Of a stretch of 64,000 bases of DNA, positions 52,200 through 64,000 are shown piece by piece; positions within the stretch are counted from its first letter, which is position 1; every line of letters begins with the position of its first letter. The position numbers and the translations under genes are program-made. This DNA is from Raillietiella orientalis (Eukaryota), in contig JAYWIR010000021.1 of NCBI GenBank assembly GCA_036172245.1, positions 2,046,001 through 2,110,000 on the forward strand, in the 5' to 3' direction. The notes beneath the pieces were generated by a model. The model did not search any database. It worked only from the letters and a program-made list of their open reading frames with translations, and was not told the DNA's origin.

Positions 52200-53200
52200 C
52201 CCCGTGGTTGTCTAGGTTCTCGCGTCCGCGGTCCGCCACTTCCGGGTTCTCACTCCCGGAATCGGAGGCGCCACCTCGAGACGGTTCCTCCAGGCGACCG
52301 TCCTGTGCAACCAGGACGACTGCGCCCGAACGCCCCCTCTCCGGAGCGCACGTGGCCTCTCGAGCGGGCGCTGCAAGGCATCCGGCGGAGACGCTGCCTC
52401 GCTCTCCGACCGCCGAGGGGAGCGAACCGGTAGTTTCTGACGTCATCTTTTCCGTCTGTCCGACCTCGGTTCCCGATCCTAAGGTTGCCTGGGAAACTGA
52501 CGAGGAAACCCCTGCGGGAAGCCGAGTGCGCTGATCCGCGCCGCCTTGGGATCAACGTCAAGACCGAAAAACGCGCCGTCGGCAGAGTCTCAGTCGCGCG
52601 TCGCTGCGCTGGCGAAGGATTGGGAGGCGCAGATGCCCTCGACTGGCGGGAAGGGGGTCGTAGAAAGGGGAGAGGGAAGGGAAGAATGGGGCGCGGCGCA
52701 CACTGGTACCTCCACGCATGAACCGTGCTCTCGGCAGCACCCGGCCTATCTGAATTCCTCAAGCGACAAACCCGGAGTCTTGCCGAGGCGGTTCCTAGGC
52801 GTCTCTGGGAAAGTGGCGCGCGGGACGCGCCGGGCAACTCCTGAAACGTTCGCCGACTCGGCCCCGACCGCTCACATCCTGACTCACCCCGTCCTATCCA
52901 CTTCATATCCTTCCCCCCTTTCCCACCCTCTCAATCCAGGTTTTTCCCATTCGTCCCGTCCCTCGCACAAGCAGGGCGCGCCGGTGGGATCTCCGGGGCA
53001 CGGCAGGGCCGCCACCTTCCCTTCCTCCCCTAAGCGAGGAAATTCCTGGCCCTCTTTGTCTCAGTCCCGCGCATGGGAGAGAGTGCGGGCAGGGTCCTGC
53101 GTAACGAGGGACCCCCTCTTCTCGAGCACGGCAGCATCTCGTGAGCAGCATGGACATCCGCGGATCGAGGCGTGGAGTCGCTCTCGTCCATCTTTGCCAT
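52200..53200 (-). pseudogene. Degenerate C-terminus of an RLE-type non-LTR element
   Basis: RVCRL...AESTVH..YQC (decayed CCHC motif) upstream of LPSAVGERGSV (vvGaRG motif). Confidence 0.4.
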
Positions 53201-53599
53201 CTGCCTCAGGGTGAGAAGAACTCAAGGCTGTAGGAGTTTTCCAAAAGTGGCCCAAATTGCCTCCCTGGGAAGCTTAAGTGTCGGGATGGACACCTACATC
53301 CATAGGTCACCCTCCTCAGGAGGATGGTGTGTACAAATGTATCGATACTTCCTTCGACGCAGCAGTCCCCCTTACAACGCGAAGGATGGCCTTCCGCTTT
53401 ATAACGAGCCCTACGGATTAATTATCGACGGAGAATACGTTTGTGTTTATGAAAGATAATATCTATCTTAGAAATCTAAAGCAGTAGAATATTTATCATT
53501 CCATTTTAAAGCAGAAAAAGAGAAACAAAAGTGTTTACTCACTGTTTAAATTAAAGTTAGAAGAACCTTTCAAAATGTGGTTGCGACTTAATCAGTGGA

Positions 53600-56210
53600 A
53601 ATGAATCCGTGGTTGGAGCTCTTCAGCGTGCTTGTGGTTAAGGAAGGAACCTTCCCGAGACACTTCAATCCGGGAAACACGAGCAACGCAGAATTTCGAC
53701 CTGCTTCCTTCAGGCGTTGGTGTTCTCTTTGAAAGCAGCGGAAGCGACGCTGCTCCACGAAGCGGAAGTCCGCCCGCACCTGCACGGGGCCGGCTCGCGG
53801 GGTCACTCGAGCGCCAGCCGGCGTTTTTTGCAGCCCCATCACGCGGGCCCGCGTTGTACGGGGGCTGAGCCGCGAACGCGCCCGCACACGCCGACCGCGC
53901 GCGAAGTGACGTCCGCGCGGAGGCTGGGGGTCGCTCCGCAGTGGCGGGACCTCCTGCACTCCCCTTCGACAGGGCACCAGAACGAGGCTCTCTCTCTGGT
54001 CCGTGGTCCGTGGCCCTCCGTGGGGGGGGGGGGAAGGGAACCTCGGCCCCCGTTGACTTGCCGGCGCTTCCGGGACGTTCCAGCAGCGGCAGTTCCCTAC
54101 GCGCACAACCCTGCAGCGAGGACGTAGCCGGGAGCTTCCGCGACCTCTGCCCCGGAGCGAACGTCCCCCGTCCGGTGGAAGCCCCCAGTCACCGAGCGGA
54201 AGCACCCCTGTTCTTCAGCGCTGCCATGGGAACCCGTCCCGAGCGTGCTGGCGGAGTCCCTCTTGTAAGCACGGTCTCTTCCCAGTCTGCGCTGACGATT
54301 CTCTCCTCCCCACTCTCCCTCTCATCCCGCTCATTCCCTTCTGCAGAGCCCTGAAGGAGGATCACGTTCGAGTCGCAGAGGTGTGCACGTAGCGGCCGAG
54401 GGACACCGGTCACACCATCTCCCTGACGAGGGAGCGAGGAGCCTGGTCAAGAAAGAGCAAGCGCTTCGCCAGGAGGTACCCCCGAGGAGCCAAACCCGCG
54501 CGCCAGAAGATGGGCAGTACAGGAGTTCCAGAGTCCCCCGCCCGGAATTTGCAGAAGGGGGACTGCATCTTCACTGGCTCCGCAGCCAGGCAACACGGCA
54601 GGCGGCTGCTGGCGCAGATGCCTGGCAGCGGACCACGGAAAAATTCCCCTCCCCCTCCTCCTTCACGTCTGCTACCGGGGCGGGGCCGCTTGTCACAGCT
54701 GCTGCCTCGGACTGTAGGCATCGTCGAGGGTCATCCTCACCGGCACAGGCAGTAGGGGATGGCGACCCGGGAAGACGAGTGACTCTCCGTCGCCGGAGCG
54801 GCCTTCTGGAGATGGGAGGGACGTGAGGAAGACAAGGTGGGCAAGGTCGACTGAGGGCAGCCGTGGAAGGCCGACAGTGCATCTGGGAGGAGCAGCTCGA
54901 GCGCGCTCCAGAGGGAGGAGGAGGAGGGGGGACTGGCGCGGGGGAAAGCCGCGCCACCAGCCGCTCCCTTCGCAGCGGGCGGACGCATGTGGTCGCATTC
55001 TGCGAGCAGGCCGGCCCGGCAGGCTGAACCGGCATGAGACACGCCCACCGGAGGCGACATTGGCAGGCACGCGCAAGAGGTGCACGCAGGCGCGCGCGGC
55101 GCCGCGGGGGTCCTCCCCCTCCGCCAGCTGCTTCGCGCGCGCAGCAGTAGCTCCCACGCCACGGCCGCCCGGCAAGCAAGAGGCAAGAGGAACGCCGATG
55201 CTGTCGCCTCCCAACCCCCGGGAAGGGATGCCGGTCTTGGTCGCATCTGACACCGCTCGAGGGCGGTGGACGGTTCGCCACGGTCCGCTGTGACCCTCTC
55301 ACTGGAGAGCAACAACACGAGATCCCGGGACTGGATTCTGCACCCTGTCTACGAAGGAGCCCAGCGCGTCGCGGGACCCCAGCTAACTGTGAAGCACGGA
55401 AGAAACCGGAAATCACGGGGGGGTGGGGGAACCGAAAGCCTAGGAGCGTGGCTTTTCCACCGTCGGGGAGTCCCGGGAAATGCAGAGGAACCATCGGAAA
55501 GGCCATCGGATCCGAGCAACCAGCGCCCAGAAGATTTGGTGCCAACGCGGAGAAAAAGAAGGAAGGGCATTGGACCAGGACGAAATCACCCTCCGGCATT
55601 CTGGGTGTCCAGCATTTTGCATTTCATTGATGAGCATCCGTAGATGGATAAAGGAGCTACGGGTGCATCGCACGCTCCAGTGCGCCCCACTCCCGAGGGA
55701 GTCCGGTCGTCCGGACGGCCTAGGAGGAACCACGGACCCCACCGTAACGCCCCCTCTCTTCCTTTCCGGACATCCTCGCGAGCGCCACGAGCTCCAGGAA
55801 ATCCGGAATTCGGTTGCGCCCACAGTTCAGACGGGGTTGCTCAGAAGTTGCGTGGGAGACCCCTCCTCCGTTCCTTCTTCCTTCCCCTCCAAGAGGAGGA
55901 GTGAGTCCATGAGCATCCACGACAGGTCGCAGTCTCCCACGGGGAGAGGGGGAGAGGCTTGCACCCATCTCTCGCGGCGCCGCGTCGTGAGAGAAGGAAG
56001 GCATGGCTTCCTTTCCTCCACGGGGAGCAGAGGAGGCGGCAGTGCCGTCCTCCAGCATCCACGAGCAATGGCCTTTCCCTTCCTCCTCCCCACTTCCTTC
56101 CTTTCCCGGCGCTTCGGGAGTAGAGCTCTCGTTCCTGTAGCGACCACCGCTCTCGCTCAGTCGCGCTCTCCGCGGTCTCCGAGCAGGCTGCTCGACGCCT
56201 GCACCTGATA
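53600..56210 (-). pseudogene. Degenerate Tx1/L1-like ORF2 (AP endonuclease to RT)
   Basis: In order: VVATGTR (QET-like), GRLRPVVD, GDFVLV...CSDP (D....SDH), GDSGTPVLPIFW (PG.DG..efy..fw), PRPLRAHLCDSNVIL (RPI.L.n.D.kil), IVSADWEE (SLD.eKAF). Confidence 0.5.
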
Positions 56211-56249
56211 GGACGACTCCAGTAAATACTGTTGCATCTTGTTCCTTCA

Positions 56250-56660
56250 CAGAGAGTATACGAAAAGTGCAGAAGATGAATTTTGGACCCGGTGCAGAAC
56301 GCGCCCCACCAGTCTAAGTCACAGGCAATCGCTTCCTGTTGGATGGTCATCTTTGCCCTTTCCATGCAAGACCTTGAATGACGACGCTTCCTGCTCAAGG
56401 ATGCCAGCCTATGAAAATGCATGCTCCTCAGAAAGATAGCCATCTGGAGGCTCCGAAGGGAGGATAGGTCCTTCGCCTAAGAGGCTGATTCCAAGTCAAC
56501 GGAAGCTAGGGCCATCTCAAGCGGTGGAAGAAGCTCATGCCAGTACTGTGTACAGAGAAATCCTGGGAGAGCACCGACCGCCTGCCAACTCCACATGTCT
56601 GCCATGAACACAGAACTCACAGTGCAATCGCCACAAGGTGGAATCGTTGCCGAAAGTGAT
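56250..56660 (-). pseudogene. Possible DIRS-type RT fragment
   Basis: LPGFLCTQYWHELLPP and ACDLDWWGAF resemble the DIRS fLG..id.....lP and dL.WW motifs. Confidence 0.3.
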
Positions 56661-58699
56661 AATTCCAAAGCGTTTCAGCATCCGACTACTGTACTATTTT
56701 GCAGGAAAGAAAGCCTTGCTGCCAGACCACTAAACAATCCAGGCTTACCCGATTGTAAAGAAATATTTCAAAGATGCAGGTATTCTCAATTAGGTATTAC
56801 TCACTTCCATCAAAGACGGGATTGCTCCTTAAAACAATAGTGAGGGTCGCGCGTGAAAGTCTATCTGAATGGGCGTATTTATAAGGATGTGTGTTTGTAG
56901 CCACTTGCATTTGCCACTGCTGTTGTCTGAAGTACACATAACCGTGGCTGCCCTCAACAAGAAGACGTTAAGGACAACAAGCAAAACGTCAAAGCATCGC
57001 GACTGCCAATCGGAAAGTCACATTCCCAGAAAATTTTATTTCTAAATTAGCAAGACAAAAATAACTGTGAAAACAAATTAAATAAAGAAATTATTCGAAT
57101 CGAGTATTTGAGAGCAAACGTACCAAGGAAAAAAGCGATCCCTCTTACTCGCTGTAGGAAAGCAGCACCTATTCACAGATATTTTTGCTTACATTTTCTG
57201 TTCGTTAGATCGGAATACATATTTTAAGGAAACACAACTTTGCAAGTTATCATGGTGGGAGTCAAAAGTTTGTTAAGGAAGTGCAGAGTGCAAAAACTAG
57301 TGGAGACTGGCTTGCAGATGCCAGGCAAAATCCAAATAGTGTAGTCCATTTTTTCATCGCAATTCCGTACAAATAAAGTGCAACGAACAAATTTCAGAAC
57401 TGCAAGTTTCAGAATTTTTCAGATTTCATTCACAATTATTGTATACTTGTAAGCCTTCGTATGCTTACGATCAGATTCAAAATTCATTGTTACTTTTGAA
57501 TAAACAGACTTAAATTCACGTTCAAATTGAAGATTTAAAAAAAAAAATCCGTTCTTTTGCTTCTTTTCTTAGACACAAGGATGTAGACCATGTACCGGTT
57601 CTTTTCGAGTGACGCCTATGCCAGCGAAAGAACAGACAACTCTCTGCATATGTACAAACAAGCAAAATAAGGAACCTATTTTGTTTGTTTGTCGTGAGAA
57701 TTGCTGTTGCTTTTTTTTTTTTTTTCCAGTTCATTTTGTGATTTGCCAATTCGTTCTAAAGGATATTCGAAACAAAATAATCAGTATTCCAGTCCAACTT
57801 CGGTTATCTTGCGATTTGATTCAGAGGTTTTGGAGATTGATATCATTGAGCAAAAAAGATTTCATCATACAGAAGAAACAGTGTCATCAGTATACACGAA
57901 GCAATTTGATGATTCACGATCAAAGATGATCTGTTACTGTGTACAAGTTTAGTCCAAGAAACTTTCTCATTTGTCTATGGTTTCTTTGGACGTCGAAAAA
58001 CGATGAAAACGATGTTTTTTCTGTTCCTGTATCCTCGATAAACAATTCCCAGATAAAGTATAAAATGGCTAAACCAGCATGTTGCATTGCATAACTATTC
58101 GTGTCATCTGATAAGTTTTGTAATTTAGAAGGACTATGTATAAGTAGGAAATGAAATCTTTGGGGAAGACCTCTGTATATGAAAGCATAGCCAAAGGATC
58201 CGGTACTCAAATATAAATTAGCAAGTGCACAAATGCAAGATGAATTAGTTTCAACTGACTGTAATGATTGAGGCTTTATAATTGCAATGCATGTAATGCA
58301 TGGGTGCGTGTCGATCTTTATCATATTAAAATCGACATGTTTCCTTCTCCTTGGTTTTCAAATAGAGCAACCGAAAGCAAGAATCTGTATCAATCAGAAA
58401 CGAAATAGAAACTGTAAGCAGCAGTTTTGTATTTTATATTTAGCTCGAAGACGATCGCTAAGATTATCAATTTTCCATATTTTTATCTGTTCGTCCCTAT
58501 CTAAAGTTGAAGTGGCATCAATTATTTACATGGAGATGGTGCTTGTAGGAAGCGGTGCATGTGCTTCGCCCATGGAGCAGTAGCGTGCCAGACGTGTAAC
58601 TTTTTGTGATAGGTTGGCTGTACCTCTTCGTGATCTGTAAAATTCACAAGTTTGGATCAGAAAAATTCCATCCTTGAGGGAAGTCGCCGTAGTGATGGG

Positions 58700-61393
58700 A
58701 TGGATTCCACAATATTTCGAGAAGCAACCAAGTACATTCCAAAAACATACATAGATGTTGGGACTTCAGCACTTGCAAACCAAAACAATGAAATCAAGCA
58801 TTTGGTTGCTCAAGTGAGTAAAAAGTTGAATCAATAAGCTCTTTAAAGCAATTGAAATGTATTTATGATAAATGTCATTATGTATGAGTGTTATCTACCT
58901 CCGTTCAATGGTATTTAAGGGCAAAATTCCCGAAAACGGTTGGAGTAACATGAAAGTTGAGAGACTCTTGCAAGAACTTTCATCACTTGATAGCAACAAT
59001 TTTAATGAAGGATCTGCCATCGGGGAGCGAGAAGGAAGAATACTTTCAAGTAGGAAAAAATTTAGTCTGTTTGAGACAAGAGTTTTTCCTCTCCGTTTTT
59101 ATGTTCGTCTTCTTTCAAAATTGATAATGTTTTGAATATCTTGGCGTGATTGGTGTAACTTTTGCATTCCGTTTTTTTGTTATGCATTCTGTTTAACATA
59201 TCTTGAATGAATAAAGTTTGCCCTATTGATGCACTTTTCTATCAGCCCAGAATCCAAAGCATCCCTCCTTGACACTGATCAGTAACTCCCGATCAAAGAG
59301 TACAATGCCACACTTTTGAAAAGGCTGCTCTCATGTTGAGATTATGTACCATGTTTTTTTGTTTTTTGCATAAATATGAGGTAAAGTTTGTTCCTGCTTT
59401 TATCCTGCAATCATGAAAGAACCAGGATTGGTATGTGTTTGCTGGTTTTACGTGAAGTGTGTACGTCACCGAAACTAGTCGTTATAATTTTCATTTCATA
59501 ATGTTTACACGTGACAAAAAATTGAGTGCCATTATTTTCTGTGGAAGAACATGTAAGCAATTTATGAAACCCAGCCATGAATACGCAAAGTCGAAATGAT
59601 CCTTAGTTGAGTTTAAGAAATGTAACTGCTTACTGAAATGTTACTTGGCTTGCAAACGTGATTAATTGATCAGTGAATTAATGAGCAGAAACACTTTTGT
59701 GATTGAAAATGGTCCCTGATAATTACCAATTATGTGTAAAGTACAAACATAGAATCAGTTATCAGAGTACTTTGGCTCCATGACTTGCTTATTAGTAGTT
59801 CCAAAATGCTTTGTTGGTTATGGGCATGATGTTTAATGCTTTGAATTTTTTTCCATTTTGGTTTCAGTTGTTACAGTGCTGTGTGACGTTTGCATGTTTA
59901 TTGTTCAACATTAAATATAGTCAACACCTTTATCCCTTAGAAAATGATTAAAAAGGATTTAATTGACCTAGGTCTCGTTTCAAGACGCCATTTTTACTTT
60001 GCACATGGCATTGGTAGATCAGGAGATCTGATGGCTGTTCAGCCTAAAGCTGTAGGATCATCCATACTGAATTGGTTGACAAATACGATGACCTTGGATG
60101 CCTTGCATCAAAGGGGTAATCAAACAGAGGAAGCATGACGATGATGCATTGTCGCTGTAGGGTTGCCATCTGCAAAAGCCTGTTGTGTGTTTCCCATGGC
60201 TACAGGAATGGCTTTAACTATGTGTTTACTTGCTTTGAAACAAGAAAGGCCTGGAGCCACATATGTTCTGTGGAGTCGAGTGGACCAGAAATCCTGCCCC
60301 AAAGCAATTGTTTTAGCAGGTTAGAAGAATTTAGCATGTTTTGGCATCTTTATTTTATAGGATGCACTCCTATTGTACTCAATACTCAGCTGGAAGAAGA
60401 TATGGTGACTCTGGACTTGAAAGACTTACAGCACCAAGTTGAAAGTCGAGATATACAGCAGATAGTTTGTGTTGTCACAACAACCAGTTGCTTTGCCCCT
60501 AGGGGACCGGATCCTATCGGTGCTGTAGCTGGTTTGTGTAGTAAATGGGACCTTCCACACATAGTAAATAACGCATATGGACTCCAGAGTAACAAACTTA
60601 CGCGCTTGTTGGAATCCACGTGCAGGTACGTGTTTGCACAGAGTTTTGTCGCTAATCAGTGAGCAGGAAAGGCCGCCTGGATGCATTTGTTCAGAGCACA
60701 GACAAGAATTTCTTGGTCCCTGTAGGGGGATCTGTTATAGCAAGTCCAAGTGTTCACTTTATCAAACGACTAAGTTCTTTGTATCCAGGAAGGGCATCGG
60801 TCTCTCCATGTTTGGACCTGTTTGTTACTCTGCTGACTCTAGGGAGAGCGGGTCTCAGAGATCTGTCGACAGACCAAGAGAAGCATCTGATCATTCTGCA
60901 GCAGAGGATGAGCGTCGTTGCCGAACTTTTTGGCGAAAGGCTCCTCAGAGTCCCTGCGAATCCCATCTCCCTTGGTGAGTTTTTGGAAGAAGGAATGAAA
61001 GTTGCACCTTCAGGACACAACAAGCCATGACTCTGCACTCCGTGCCAGTCGATCAGCTGACCCGCCTAGGAGCCATGTTGTTTGTGCGTCAAGTGTCAGG
61101 AGCACGGGTGGTTATCGCAGATCAAACGGAAGTTGTGTGCGGCATCAGTTTCCATGGTTTGATGAACTTTTGAAAGTACAATAGGTCCGAAGCGGTATCT
61201 AGGTTGGGGTAGCCATTGCACCAAGTATCCCACGCCATATTTGACAGCCGCCGCGGCCATAGGAGTTACCGAACACGATATTGATCTATTTGTGAAACGC
61301 TTGCAAAAAGTTCTACAGAAAATACACCAAGCAAAGAAGCACGGAGTAGAACTAGACAGTCCGTTATTAGGAGTTCATATGTTAGAAAGCTAG
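58700..61393 (+). CDS. SEPSECS: O-phosphoseryl-tRNA(Sec) selenium transferase (8 exons)
   Basis: GT-AG exons 58700-58813, 58920-59049, 59972-60115, 60161-60319, 60361-60625, 60667-60974, 61025-61156, 61203-61393. Motifs: [63 protein letters not shown] (PLP Lys), [21 protein letters not shown] follows the stop. Confidence 0.97.
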
Positions 61394-61455
61394 TAACTGT
61401 GTTTAAATAAATTATATACGAGATTATTCATGTTATTCTTTACTGGTGTGTATAT

Positions 61456-61495
61456 GTTGGGTGCAATTTTTTTTTTTTTTTTTTTTTTTGTGGCT

Positions 61496-61529
<34 letters not shown>

Positions 61530-61535
61530 CTTTTT
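61456..61535. repeat. Interrupted poly(T) tracts
   Basis: Direct reading of the sequence. Confidence 0.9.
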
Positions 61536-61977
61536 CGAATCGTAGGGAATTCGTTTTCGAGTTTCGCTTTGCCGTGTTCGGAAGTGTGTAAGGTGTACCC
61601 CAAATCGAGGACCGATTTTCTGGTTGTCGAATTGCGCATGTTCGTGCTTCGACAAACGCTCAGTTACGTCAGAGAGTTGTGCACAACCAGCCAGAATATT
61701 ACAATATTTTTTGTTTAGATTGTGAGGCATGGGTTTCACGTGATCTATTAAAAGTAGCGGAGCCCCCGTGATTGGTCCACAAGTTGGCATAGTATCCAAT
61801 CAAACTGCACATTCGATGCAACGACCCTGTAAGTTACAGATGATATCGCGTCATTGTTTACTATAGGTTTCTGGTGTTGCTAGCAAGTTTGTGTGGTTGA
61901 TAAACGTTTTGTGGCTTATTATTTTGAGTAATTTATGCGGCTTTGGTACTAATATGTGATTGTTTCATTCAGGAAGC

Positions 61978-63964
61978 ATGATGAGCATTACTGCACTCCT
62001 GGAAGCGGCTGAATATTTAGAAAGACGTGAAAGAGGTAAAGCGGATTTCAGCGAGTTACTAAGTAAATATATATAAACTGTGCTCAAACTGAATCAAAAG
62101 TTGTGCTGAACCAACGTAGGTCCTATATTTCCTGAACACGGTTATGCATCTTTGCTTCCTGGTGATCTTTGTACCAGTAAAAAATATAATAGGGCTAGAA
62201 AACCTCAGGGAACGAGGTACGAGATTTATCTGCACTTAGTGATACGCAGAAATTTTCATTTGTATGCAACAGTAAAAAATATTCATACATTTTAGGACCA
62301 GCCATAATGAATTGGAAAAAAATAGGTATGAACCTATGAATCTTTAAAGATCGCTACTGCTCATTATTGGAGTCAGTTTTCCATTGTGACTTGTTTTTGT
62401 GATTTTCCGATTTGTTTTCCTTTGTTTGTTTGTTTGTTTTTTTTTTTTTGTGTGTGTGTGTGTGCCCTCGTGCGTGTGTGTGTTTTGTTGTTGTGTTGCA
62501 TCGTTTGTGCCAATTGTGGCAGCAAAACCGTGAGTTGCACAGCTCTGTTTTGTGACCCGAGGCAATGACCGGACGCAGAGACGGCATTGGAATAATGCTC
62601 ATTACGTAACACATCATCTTTAATGCTTCTTTTGTTTTGTCGATGCAATCTGGACGACGGTGGTGGATCCGTCTTGCAGCAGCAACTGCGCTGCTGCAAG
62701 ACGAATTAATAAGTGCGTAGTACAATTTTATGGTATGGGGAACGGTACAGAGTTCCTTGGCTCGGCGTAATGCTTTTGTCCCAGAATTGTAATCGATTCG
62801 AGAATGACCTAGTTCAGTGCCGTACCATTCTTCTGCAGCAGCAGCAGCAGCAGGCCGTGTGCAAAAAGTTCACGGGACAGTCCTTTGTGTGTGAAGTACG
62901 AAATGCACCGAATCTTCTTCTTCTTCTTCGTCTTGTCGGACCTTTCTTTTTCTCCTCCCCCTCCCCCTCCTCCTCCTTTTTTTTTTTTTTTTTTTTTTCT
63001 CTCCTCCTCTCGCTCGCTCGTTTTCCTTCCTTCCTTCCTTCCTTCCTTTCTTTCTTTCTTTCGAATCGTTCGGTTCGACGGTTTGAGAGCATCGATTGCG
63101 TCGTAAGAAATGACGTGGAAGAAAAAAAAAAAAAGCAAAGCAAAGAAAAAAAAAAAAAAAAAAAGGAATGATTGAAAACATTGTTTTGAAATTGACACGA
63201 ACGTTACGAAAATCGAAATTCGCTGCTGCATGCATAACGCAACGTGGAGCACTTGAACGCGTGATTTTTCGAAACGGATTTGTTGTTGCACTTGGTGGAT
63301 GTCGTGTTTGTTATGTACTTACATACATACATACATACATACATATGTATATGTATATGTATATATGTATATATATATATACTTTTTTTTTTTTTTTTTC
63401 CCGGCCATGGTGCAGGCGCGCTCACCTGAGGCACTGTTTGGAACGCTTGAAAGAAATCGTACCCCTTGGACCAGAATCCCACCGCCATACCACGTTAGGA
63501 CTCTTGACAAAGGCTAAAGCTTTCATAAAGGTAATGCTTGAGTTATTGTCTTAAAAACCCTCCACCAAATACCGCGGCAGACGCTGGAAGATAGGGAAAG
63601 AAAGCACCAGTTCCAGAAAGAAAACTTATTCAACGAACAACGTTATTTACGAAAACAGTTAGAGCATCTTAGTATTCAACTCCAAGCTGCTGGCGCAGCT
63701 GTAGAGGCAATACTGCCACCTTTGCCTAATCCGCAGCCCCATTTTCGCTCCCTACTCAAACGCCGAACAATATCAGAAGGCTCAACTTCGGCCATCTCAT
63801 CCTCCTCTTATACTTCAGAGAGTGGTACGGTGAAGATCATGGTGTTGCTGAAGCTTATTTCTTTTACAGACGATATGGAACTGGCGGATTACCAAAGCCA
63901 AGGCAGTGACAGTGATGAGCTTAGCAGCTGTGGCCCATGTAGCTTACCATCAGTTGTTGATTGA
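61978..63964 (+). CDS. MXD: MAX dimerization protein (Mad/Mxi1 family bHLH-ZIP repressor, 6 exons)
   Basis: Exons 61978-62035, 62120-62216, 62296-62325, 63416-63530, 63581-63824, 63870-63964. They encode the SID motif [22 protein letters not shown], the b[52 protein letters not shown], a zipper [12 protein letters not shown] and a Ser-rich tail. Confidence 0.95.
62830..63400. repeat. Intronic microsatellite cluster: (CAG)n, (CTT)n, (CCT)n, (CTTC)n, poly(A/T), (TACA)n, (TA)n
   Basis: Direct reading; lies in the long third intron of the Mad gene. Confidence 0.9.
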
Positions 63965-64000
63965 GAAACTGGTTACCGTTGCTACGTCTCAGCTGTTGCT

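Noticed and set aside
57522..58573. Small gene divergent from SepSecS (ATG near 58573, minus strand)
   Set aside because: Candidate splices give early stops or unrecognisable peptides; unsupported without RNA data.

Overview
This is animal (metazoan) genomic DNA, not prokaryotic; there is no CRISPR array, rRNA or recognisable tRNA. Three compact spliced host genes sit at the edges: OGFOD2 (1307-2879, minus), SepSecS (58700-61393, plus) and a Mad/Mxi-family bHLH-ZIP gene (61978-63964, plus), mostly with very short introns. Most of the interior (about 3.3-43.9 kb and 51.6-56.7 kb) is nested, frameshifted transposon remnants. These include Tx1/L1-like and RLE-type non-LTR retrotransposons, two hAT transposases, a BEL/Pao integrase, piggyBac pieces and an intact TTAA-flanked piggyBac MITE. 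The main observations are: (1) an RLE retrotransposon 3' end fused exactly to the nt-39 equivalent of a U2 snRNA copy, i.e. a Utopia-type targeted insertion; (2) a decayed bacterial IS481-type transposase; (3) a Tx1-like family whose copies end in AATAAA plus a GC hairpin instead of poly(A), with two near-identical copies forming a ~765-bp inverted repeat. All homology calls come from my recognition of motifs, not database searches, and TE boundaries are approximate unless stated. I found no intact multi-gene novel system.
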